DNA of 64,000 bases, taken from contig CAVYRF010000001.1 of assembly GCA_963770895.1 (NCBI GenBank), forward strand, positions 2,179,496 to 2,243,495, given 5' to 3'. A program made the position numbers and the translations under genes. The notes beneath the pieces are model-generated. The model was not told the DNA's origin. It saw only the letters and a list, made by a program, of their open reading frames with translations, and made no database searches. The stretch comes from an uncultured Acidobacteriota bacterium (GTDB taxonomy: Bacteria; Acidobacteriota; Thermoanaerobaculia; Multivoradales; UBA5704). Below, piece by piece: positions 28,478-35,815 of the stretch. The stretch's first letter is position 1. Each line of letters begins with the position of its first letter.

Positions 28478-29440
28478 ATGAATCCCCCGAGCGTTGCCCA
28501 CAGGCGGCACTTCCGGGCCGCCGCATTGATCCTGGCCGTGACGCTCCATGCGCATGGCGGCGCGGCTGCGGACAGCGGACCTGACCCCGAGCACACCCTG
28601 GTGGTCGACGGCGTGAGCCGCACCTACCGTGTGCACGTGCCTGATGGCTACAAGGCGACCGTACCCGTGCCCCTGCTGCTCGCCTTTCACGGCTCCGGCA
28701 GCAACAGCGGAGACATGGCCGACCTGACCGGTCTGGGCAAGGTCGCCGACAGTGCCGGGTTCCTGGTCGTCTACCCGCAAGGGTTCGACTACAACTGGCA
28801 CGCCGGCCTCGACTCCGGCAGCACCGCCGCCCAGGTGGACGACCTCGGCTTCGTGCGCGCCCTCCTCACTCGCCTCAAGAGCGACTACGCGGTCGACAGG
28901 CAGCGCGTCTACGCCACCGGCTTTTCGAACGGCGCCTTCTTCAGCCAACGGCTGGCCTGTGCGATGGCGGCGGACTTCGCCGCCGTGGCCTCGGTCTCGG
29001 GGCAGATGTCGCAGGCTCTCTCCAAGGTTTGCAAGCCAACGCGACCCATCTCGATGTTGCTGGTGCACGGCACCGCCGACCCCATCGTGCCCTACGACGG
29101 GGGCAGTGTGAAAGGGGGGTCGCGCGGCGGCGCCCTCCTCTCGGTCGATGCCACGGCCGCCTTCTGGGAGCACGCCGACGCCTGCCCCGGTGGCGGCGCC
29201 AGCGTCAAGCTGCCCGACGCCAGCCCGGCCGACGGCACCCACGTCCGTCGCACAGCACACGCCGGCTGCGCCGCCGGCACCGAGGTGACCCTCTACACGA
29301 TCAAAAATGGCGGCCACACCTGGCCCGACGGGCCGCAGTACGATCAGATCTGGATCATCGGCAAGGTCAGCCGCGCCCTCGACGCCAGCGCCACGATCTG
29401 GGAGTTCCTGGCGCGCCATCCTCTGCCGGCGCAGCCGTAG
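28478..29440 (+). CDS. Secreted PHB-depolymerase/LpqC-family esterase
   Basis: GAGGAG RBS at 28467-28472 before ATG 28478; signal-like N-terminus; PLLLAFHG, VYPQG, VDDLGF, GFSNGA, HGTADPIVP and GGHTWP. Confidence 0.88.
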   Translation: MNPPSVAHRRHFRAAALILAVTLHAHGGAAADSGPDPEHTLVVDGVSRTYRVHVPDGYKATVPVPLLLAFHGSGSNSGDMADLTGLGKVADSAGFLVVYPQGFDYNWHAGLDSGSTAAQVDDLGFVRALLTRLKSDYAVDRQRVYATGFSNGAFFSQRLACAMAADFAAVASVSGQMSQALSKVCKPTRPISMLLVHGTADPIVPYDGGSVKGGSRGGALLSVDATAAFWEHADACPGGGASVKLPDASPADGTHVRRTAHAGCAAGTEVTLYTIKNGGHTWPDGPQYDQIWIIGKVSRALDASATIWEFLARHPLPAQP

Positions 29441-29477
29441 CGTCCCCCCCGAGCACCGGGACGGGCGCCGTGCAACC

Positions 29478-30599
29478 CTAAGAGGACCGGCGGTCCTGCA
29501 CGTTGGTTGCAAAACCAGCGGCCTCGATGACAGCGTCGGCAAAGGCCCGCGGAGCTTCCTGCGGCAGATTGTGGCCGATGCCCCCGGTGATCAGCCGGTG
29601 CGCATACCTGCCGGTGAAGTTTTTCGCATAGGCGGCGGCGTCGAGATGCGGCGCGCCGTTGGCATCGCCTTCCAGCGTCACCGTGGGCACGGTGATGGCC
29701 GGAGTTTCCGCCAGCCGCTTTTCCAGGTCGTCATACCTGGCCTCTCCCGGCACTACGCCCAGCCGCCAGCGATAGTTGTGAATGACGATGCTGACATGAT
29801 CCGGGTTGTCGAAGGCTGCCGCGCTGCGCTCGAAGGTCGCGTCGTCGAAGCGCCAGCTGGGCGACGCCGTCTGCCAGATGAGCTTGGCGAAGTCGCGCCG
29901 GTATTTGTCGTAGCCTTCCCGCCCGCGCGCCGTCGCGAAATAGAATTGATACCACCAATCGTGCTCGGCCTTGGGCGGCAGCGGCACCTTGCCGCTCGCC
30001 TGGCTGCCGATCAGGTAGCCGCTCACCGCGACGAGCGCCGTGCAGCGCTGCGGCCAGAGCGCGGCCATGATGTCGGCGGTCCGAGCACCCCAATCGAAAC
30101 CGCCCAGGATCGCCCGCTTGATCTTGAGGGCGTCCAGCAGATCGATCATGTCGACGGCCATCGCCGATGGCTGGCCATTGCGGAAGGTGCTGCTGGTGAG
30201 AAATCGGGTGCTGCCAAAGCCGCGCAGAAAAGGGACGATCACCCGGTACCCCTTCGCCGCCAGCAGCGGGGCGACGTCGACAAAGCTGTGAATGTCGTAA
30301 GGCCAGCCGTGCAGAAGCAGGACCGCCGGCCCATCGGCAGGGCCGGCCTCCGCATAACCGACGTTGAGCACGCCGGCATCGATCTGCTTGAACGGGCCGA
30401 ACGACGCGTTCGTCCCCGCCTGCACCACGCTGCTGGCGGCGGGCTTTTTCGCGCCCGGCTGTGCCTCCGCAAAGCCGATCATGCCGACTTCGGCGGCGGC
30501 GATGGCCAATGCCGCGGTGCCCAGGAAGCGGCGGCGATCAAGGTCGGCCTCGCGACGGCCACCGGTGGTAGCAACTGCCTCTTGTTCGATCTCGGACAT
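29478..30599 (-). CDS. Alpha/beta hydrolase (epoxide hydrolase-like) with Tat signal peptide
   Basis: DRRRFLG twin-arginine motif, LLHGWP, LRGFG, GFDWGA nucleophile elbow and GHNLPQEAP; GAGGAG RBS upstream. Confidence 0.9.
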   Translation of the reverse strand: MSEIEQEAVATTGGRREADLDRRRFLGTAALAIAAAEVGMIGFAEAQPGAKKPAASSVVQAGTNASFGPFKQIDAGVLNVGYAEAGPADGPAVLLLHGWPYDIHSFVDVAPLLAAKGYRVIVPFLRGFGSTRFLTSSTFRNGQPSAMAVDMIDLLDALKIKRAILGGFDWGARTADIMAALWPQRCTALVAVSGYLIGSQASGKVPLPPKAEHDWWYQFYFATARGREGYDKYRRDFAKLIWQTASPSWRFDDATFERSAAAFDNPDHVSIVIHNYRWRLGVVPGEARYDDLEKRLAETPAITVPTVTLEGDANGAPHLDAAAYAKNFTGRYAHRLITGGIGHNLPQEAPRAFADAVIEAAGFATNVQDRRSS

Positions 30600-30834
30600 T
30601 TACGGAGCTCCTCGGGCTGCAGGCCGGCAGCGCGCCTGTCGCGCCGTCGGGTGACAAGGATAGAACAGTTGCGGCAATGCTTGAAACTCTATCGTCCTTT
30701 GAACGGGATAGATGCAGCGCGCCGAAGCAGGCTGGCCGGAGGAGACTGGAGGTAGACTCCGTGCCCGGAGCTCACCGGCAGCGTCAAGCGCCACCATGCC
30801 GTCATCGCGCGGAAGACATCGGGAGACAGAAAGA

Positions 30835-32163
30835 ATGCGTATCGCTCGGCTGATCGTCGGATTTGCGCTCGGGGCCGCGTGGGCGGCAGTGGCGGCGCTG
30901 GAGGCGCAAAGCCCGGCCGCCACGCCAGCAAGGAACAACGGCTGCCCGGAGAGCATCCTTTTCATCGGCAACAGCTATACGTATTTCAACAACGTGCCCG
31001 AAATGGTCGCCGCGTTGATGGCGGAGGGCGCGGGCTGCCATGTGCAGACCCGCATGATCGCGCCGGGCGGGGCCGAGCTGCGCAAGCAGTGGGCCGACGA
31101 TCGCACTCGCGCCGCATTGACGGAGCGCAGGTGGGACTACGTGATCCTGCAGGACCAGAGCACCCTCGGCCGCGACTATTACGTCGACGGCAATGCGCGG
31201 GCGGTCGGCGATGAGCTCTTCGCGCCGGCGGCTGCGCTGTGGAGCAAGGCGGCGCAAAGCGCCGGCGCGCAGCCGGTCTTCTATCTCACCTGGAGCCGCA
31301 AGGCGACACCCGAGGATCAGGCGGCGCTCAATCACGCCTACTTCAGCGCCGCCCACCAGGCAGGCGCGCCCGTGGCGCCGGCGGGAATCGCCTGGCAGCT
31401 GGTGCGGCGCGAGCGGCCCGATCTCGAGCTGTACTGGAAGGACGGCTCCCACCCCTCGCCGGCGGGAAGCTACCTCGCCGCCTGCGCGATCTACGCGACG
31501 CTCCTGCATCGCGACCCCAGCGGACTCCGCGCCCGGATCACCGGCACGCCGATCAGCGTGGAGGGCAAGCCGGTCGACCCGGCGACCGAAAAGCTCGAAC
31601 CTGGCACATCGTCCACGCTGGTCGATCTTGCCGCCGGCGACGCGGCGGAGATGCAGAGCGCGGCGTGGAGAGCCTGGGTGCAGGTCTCCAAAGACGGTGC
31701 CGATCACGACTACCTGGCGGCGGTCGCCGAGCCCGCGCCGGTCCTGCCGGCAGGCGAGCCGTTGCTCGCCCAGGACCTGGCGGGCGTGTGGCGCGGCAAG
31801 CTCTATTTCTACCCTTTCCTGGGAACGGTGGACATGACCCTTCGCCTTGAGCAGGTGGACAGCGGCTGGCGCGGCCGGCTCGACATCGAGTACCAGCAGG
31901 ACAAGGACATGAAGCCGGAATCGCTGGATCTGGCGGACTTAAAGGTCGGCCCCCGCCAGCTGGGATTCAGCGATTCATCCTCGGCCGGCATCAGGAACCG
32001 CCTCATCCGTTTCGCCGGCGTTCGCCAGGGCGCCTCGTTGATCGGCACGGCGACGACCATCTCGCCTCGCAACGGCGAGCCGCCGCTGACGGTGCTTGGC
32101 CATTGGGTCCTGCAACACGACCCGGCGCCGCCCGTCACGCCGCAGCTGCCGGAGAAGCACTGA
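30835..32163 (+). CDS. Secreted SGNH/GDSL-like hydrolase with extra C-terminal domain
   Basis: Signal peptide MRIARLIVGFALGAAWAAVAALEA, then ILFIGNSYTY, WDYVILQDQS and DGSHPS..GSYLAA motifs. Confidence 0.8.
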   Translation: MRIARLIVGFALGAAWAAVAALEAQSPAATPARNNGCPESILFIGNSYTYFNNVPEMVAALMAEGAGCHVQTRMIAPGGAELRKQWADDRTRAALTERRWDYVILQDQSTLGRDYYVDGNARAVGDELFAPAAALWSKAAQSAGAQPVFYLTWSRKATPEDQAALNHAYFSAAHQAGAPVAPAGIAWQLVRRERPDLELYWKDGSHPSPAGSYLAACAIYATLLHRDPSGLRARITGTPISVEGKPVDPATEKLEPGTSSTLVDLAAGDAAEMQSAAWRAWVQVSKDGADHDYLAAVAEPAPVLPAGEPLLAQDLAGVWRGKLYFYPFLGTVDMTLRLEQVDSGWRGRLDIEYQQDKDMKPESLDLADLKVGPRQLGFSDSSSAGIRNRLIRFAGVRQGASLIGTATTISPRNGEPPLTVLGHWVLQHDPAPPVTPQLPEKH

Positions 32164-32172
32164 ACCCGCGCG

Positions 32173-33123
32173 ATGGTGATGGGGTATCCTGCGCCGATGA
32201 AAGATCTGCGGCGCTTCTTGAACGCGCTCCCGCGACAAGCTCGCCGCCAGAAGCTCCTCATCGGCCTGTACCGCATGGGCCTGGTCGATCCCGTCCAGCG
32301 GCTCGATTTCAACGGCGGCGGCCGCGCGTGGGTGGACCTGCGCGACGCGGAATCACGCGCCAACTACATCTCGCAGGATTTCTGGCCCGAATTCCCTCCC
32401 ATCGTCGCCGCCTTCCTGCGGGGCGGCGGTGATCTGTTCGACGTGGGGGCCAACTTCGGCCTGGTGAGCTTCGGCGTCGTGCCGCTGGTGCAGGGCCGGG
32501 GCGTTCACTTCCACCTGTTCGAAGCAAATCCCACGATCGTTCAGCTGCTGCAAAAGAGCGCCGCGGAATGGCCCGGCGAGCAGTTCTCCGTGACGCACTG
32601 TTGCGTCACCGATCATCCTGGTGTCTCGCACCTGACGCTGCCCAGCGCCTCGTGGGGTCACGCATTCATCGGCGGCGACCACGGCGTGTCTGCGCCCAAC
32701 CTGATCCTGGACGATTACATCATCAGCCAGGGAGTCCGACGGATCGCTTTTCTAAAGATGGATGTCAACGGCTCCGAACCGTTCGCCTTGCGCGGGGCCG
32801 CGCGTGCGCTGGCCGCAGGCACCATCGAAGCAGCGTTCGTGGAGGTCGCTCGCGAGTCGCTCGAAGCCGCGGGGATGAGCGCGGACGACCTGCTGGGGCT
32901 GATGCAGGGATTCGGTTTCGACGCCTATTTCTGTGCGTTGTGGGACACACCCGATCCGTTCGCGCTGACCTGGGTGCAGGTTCCCGTCCACGACACGCTC
33001 CTGCGTTTTGCCTCCGCCGCCTCGCCGCTGCCGCCCTCGTATGTACAAGACGACATCCTGTTCCTTCATCGCGGCACGCCGCTCGCTACGACGCTGCGCA
33101 GCGTCCTGGCCGCGCCGTCCTGA
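32173..33123 (+). CDS. FkbM-family SAM-dependent methyltransferase
   Basis: DVGANFG, FEANP, LDDY and FLKMDVNGSE motifs (canonical form KxDVEGxE). Confidence 0.82.
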   Translation: MVMGYPAPMKDLRRFLNALPRQARRQKLLIGLYRMGLVDPVQRLDFNGGGRAWVDLRDAESRANYISQDFWPEFPPIVAAFLRGGGDLFDVGANFGLVSFGVVPLVQGRGVHFHLFEANPTIVQLLQKSAAEWPGEQFSVTHCCVTDHPGVSHLTLPSASWGHAFIGGDHGVSAPNLILDDYIISQGVRRIAFLKMDVNGSEPFALRGAARALAAGTIEAAFVEVARESLEAAGMSADDLLGLMQGFGFDAYFCALWDTPDPFALTWVQVPVHDTLLRFASAASPLPPSYVQDDILFLHRGTPLATTLRSVLAAPS

Positions 33124-33180
33124 CCGGAGCGTTCGCCGCGCTCGGCGGCCGTGGCAAAGGGCGCCGGTCCGTTGCCGGCT

Positions 33181-33327
33181 TCAGGTCAGGCAGACAAAAA
33201 TCGTACAGCTGGTGACACAGCCGCTGATCACACTGTTGGCACCGTCGACCTCCGCCAGCCGGCGATCCTCCAGGCGAGACAGGGTTTCGCGGTTCAGGGT
33301 CAGCTTCCGTTCGACTTTGATCTTCAT
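33181..33327 (-). CDS. Putative RiPP (lanthipeptide-type) precursor, 48 aa: MKIKVERKLTLNRETLSRLEDRRLAEVDGA-NSVISGCVTSCTIFVCLT
   Basis: Manually translated; too short for the ORF track. A GGAGGAG Shine-Dalgarno-like tract lies just before the ATG. It has a KLxLxxETL leader motif, a GA cleavage site and a core with 3 Cys, 3 Ser and 3 Thr. Confidence 0.8.
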   Translation of the reverse strand: MKIKVERKLTLNRETLSRLEDRRLAEVDGANSVISGCVTSCTIFVCLT

Positions 33328-33444
33328 GGCTCCTCCGTGCGGTTGCGCGAACCGGCCGCGGCTGCCGCCGGCGGTGGGCTTCGGGGCGCCGGCCCTCAGT
33401 ATACCGGAGGGGCTGGCGAGCTCAGCCGTTCAGGGGCGGATCCC

Positions 33445-33864
33445 TCAGGGCTTCGCTCTGCGCGCCGGTTTCGACTTGCCAGATCCGTTGAGGTCGACCG
33501 CCTGGCGAACCAGCGCCTTGAAGGCGGCCGGGTCGACGTCTTCTCCTTCGTGGATGTCGATCGCGCGGCGTACGTTGCCTTCGAGGCTCGAGTTGAAGAG
33601 ACCGGCGGGATCGTGGAGCGACGCACCCTTGGCGAAGGTGAGCTTCACGACCTTCTTGTAGGTTTCGCCGGTGCAGAGGATGCCGTCGTGCGACCAAATC
33701 GGAGTGCCCCGCCACTTCCACTCCTCGACGACGTCAGGGTCTGCTTGCTTGATGAGCGCGCGCATCTTGCCGAGGGTTGCTCCGCGCCAATCCGCCAGCT
33801 CGGCGATTTTTTCCGAGATGAGCTGCGATGCCGGCTGTTCCTGGCTGGTGTCTGGTTTTTTCAT
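33445..33864 (-). CDS. DUF1801-family protein (139 aa)
   Basis: LADWRGATL..MRALIKQADPDVVEEWKWRGTPIW...VKLTFAKGASL.DP.GLFNSSLEGNVRRAIDI. The real start is ATG 33864, not the extended ORF to 34242. Confidence 0.88.
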   Translation of the reverse strand: MKKPDTSQEQPASQLISEKIAELADWRGATLGKMRALIKQADPDVVEEWKWRGTPIWSHDGILCTGETYKKVVKLTFAKGASLHDPAGLFNSSLEGNVRRAIDIHEGEDVDPAAFKALVRQAVDLNGSGKSKPARRAKP

Positions 33865-33908
33865 GGTCTCACCCTGAAAGTTGCAGATCGATTGGGATCT
33901 CCGGCGGC

Positions 33909-34202
33909 TCACGCCCGCAGGTAGGCCAGCACGGCGCGCACGACCTCTTCCCTGGCGTCTGGCAGCGACAGCCCAGGCGGGCGCTGCAGCACGGCCCCAT
34001 GACAGAGCGATTCCACCATGTGGATGACGACGAACGCAACCGTGTCGAGGTCGCGACCCTTTCTCAGCTCGTGCGCCCGCGCCGCGATCGCCAGACGGAA
34101 AGCGCCGTGCAGGCGGACCGCGAAGTCGCGTGTGCCCTCGGCTCGGTGGGGCACCTCGCTCATCATTACCCGTAGAGCTTGGGGTCGGGCGCGTGCGCAT
34201 CG
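33909..34202 (-). pseudogene. TetR-family regulator C-terminal remnant, no HTH, frameshifted
   Basis: MMSEVPHR...TVAFVVIHMVESLCHGAVL...AREEVVRAVLAYL resembles a TetR ligand-binding domain. A plausible preceding segment (DAHAPDPKLYG) is in another frame, and there is no room for an N-terminal HTH. Confidence 0.55.
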
Positions 34203-34240
34203 GCGGGTTGCGCTTGCTTCGGAGGAGGATGGGCGGTAAC

Positions 34241-34261
34241 ATACGTAGCGACGCTACGTAT
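34241..34261. promoter_or_regulatory. Perfect palindrome ATACGTAGCG-A-CGCTACGTAT, probable PadR operator
   Basis: 10-bp perfect inverted repeat with a 1-nt spacer, 22 nt upstream of the padR start. PadR proteins commonly autoregulate through such palindromes. Confidence 0.7.
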
Positions 34262-34283
34262 AGATGTCTGGAGATGATCGATC

Positions 34284-34625
34284 ATGGGTCTGTCCAAAGA
34301 GTTGGTGGCGGCTTCGGCGATCCCTTTGATCCTGTCGATCTTGCGGGAGGGGGATAGCTACGGGTACGCGATCATCCAGCGCGTGCGGGAGGTATCGGGG
34401 GGAGAGCTGGAGTGGGCGGACGGGATGCTGTACCCGATCCTGCACCGGCTGGAGGGGCGCAAGTTGGTGGAGGCGTTCTGGGGTGTGGCGGAAAATGGGC
34501 GAAAGCGGAAGTACTACCGGTTGCGGAGCTTGGGCGTCGCGGAGCTGGCGGCGTTGCGGATTCATTGGGACAAGCTCCATGGGATGTTGCGGCGTCTAGA
34601 CCAGGAGGCGACATGTTCGACCTAG
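34284..34625 (+). CDS. PadR-family transcriptional regulator
   Basis: LILSIL...SYGYAIIQRV...GMLYPILHRLE...GRKRKYYRL. Confidence 0.92.
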   Translation: MGLSKELVAASAIPLILSILREGDSYGYAIIQRVREVSGGELEWADGMLYPILHRLEGRKLVEAFWGVAENGRKRKYYRLRSLGVAELAALRIHWDKLHGMLRRLDQEATCST

Positions 34626-35083
34626 AGCGGGAAGTGGCAGCTTGGAGCGCGACGGTGTATGCGGGCCGATGCCGGCGCGCGGAGAGCGTGGCGGAGCTCA
34701 GCGATCACCTGTGGTGCGAAATCGACCGCGGCCGGGCGGCGGGGATGTCGGACCCGGCGGCCTTTGCGGCCGCGGTGGCAAAGGTGGGGGAGGCCTCAGC
34801 GCTGGCGGCCGAGGTCGCCAGGAGCCGCTCGTGGCTCGGGGCCGCGTGGGCGGCGGTGGTGCGGCACGAGCGAGCCAACCTGGGCCACCGCGGGCTGTTC
34901 GTGGCGCACGGGCTGGTGTGGGCGGCGCTGATGATCGCGGTGGCGGTGGCGTTGAAGAGCGCGCCGTCGACGGCGCCGTCGACGTTCTTGTGGCTGCTGA
35001 TCTGCGTGCTGGTGCCGGGGCAGTGGGCTTCCGAGCTGATCCTGCGGCGGGCATTGCGCGCCCGGCGCGCGGTGAGGGGCTGA
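34613..35083 (+). CDS. PadR-associated membrane protein (permease-prefix-like N-domain + 2 TM helices)
   Basis: AGGAGG RBS; MFDLEREVAAW...ELSDHL..EI....AAGMS...AF..AVAKVG prefix; two hydrophobic segments; overlaps the padR stop. Confidence 0.72.
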   Translation: MFDLEREVAAWSATVYAGRCRRAESVAELSDHLWCEIDRGRAAGMSDPAAFAAAVAKVGEASALAAEVARSRSWLGAAWAAVVRHERANLGHRGLFVAHGLVWAALMIAVAVALKSAPSTAPSTFLWLLICVLVPGQWASELILRRALRARRAVRG

Positions 35084-35086
35084 GCG

Positions 35087-35428
35087 GTGCTGGCGCGCCT
35101 GATGGGGCTGCGGACGGTCTCCCCGCAGGATCTCGAAAAGCTGCTGCGCCAGGGCGCGGCGACGGCATTCGACGTCAATGCGCCGGGCAGCTGGGCGCAG
35201 GCCCGCGTGCCCGGCGCAACCAACCTCGACCCGACGGCCTTCGGGGCCTCCGACCTGCCGCCGGACCGCGCCGCGCTGCTCGTCTTCTACTGCTCCAACC
35301 CCTTGTGCACCAAGGCTCCCAGGGCGGCGCTGCGGGCGCGGCGGCTGGGCTACCAGAACGTCTGCGTCATGTCCGCCGGCATCCACGGCTGGCAAAGCGC
35401 CCGCCTGCCCGTCGAATCGGGCGCCTGA
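35087..35428 (+). CDS. Single-domain rhodanese-like protein
   Basis: FDVN...ARVPGA, LVFYCSNPLC, LGYQNV...AGIHGW....LPVE. Confidence 0.85.
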   Translation: MLARLMGLRTVSPQDLEKLLRQGAATAFDVNAPGSWAQARVPGATNLDPTAFGASDLPPDRAALLVFYCSNPLCTKAPRAALRARRLGYQNVCVMSAGIHGWQSARLPVESGA

Positions 35429-35751
35429 CCAGGCCCGCCGGCGGCGTTCCTGGAGGGGGAGGGGCGGTTCAGGGAGGCGGGTAGGGATTGGCCGAGACGG
35501 TTGTCCGCGAGACGTCGGTGGGGACCTGCTGCGGCGTCGAGCGGAAATCCAGGATGCTGGCGTTGGAGTCGACGAATCCCGCGCCCCAGTCGAGCTTGTC
35601 CGGCGTGCCCGGATAGGCCGCGTCGTCGGTTCCCCAGGAGGGTAGCACCGCCCGCCAGCCGTCTACGGTGCAGCCGCGATCGCGGCGATGAGGGAAAGAG
35701 TAACCAAAACTGAACCCCTCGGTATCTAACGCTGTTGCACTGCTGTCACGC

Positions 35752-35779
35752 TTGCAGAAAAGTCGCTATGTGATAGACT
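35752..35779 (+). promoter_or_regulatory. Putative sigma70 promoter for the giant-protein operon
   Basis: TTGCAG-N16-TAGACT with an extended -10 TG (TGaTAGACT), inside an AT-rich island upstream of the 6378-aa ORF. Confidence 0.5.
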
Positions 35780-35815
35780 TTTGCTGTCAGCGAATCAAAA
35801 AACGCACGTATCAAT

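Noticed and set aside
30656-30712. GATAG/CTATC inverted repeats between the divergent hydrolase genes
   Set aside because: Possibly a regulator site, but imperfect and with no cognate regulator nearby, so it cannot be supported.
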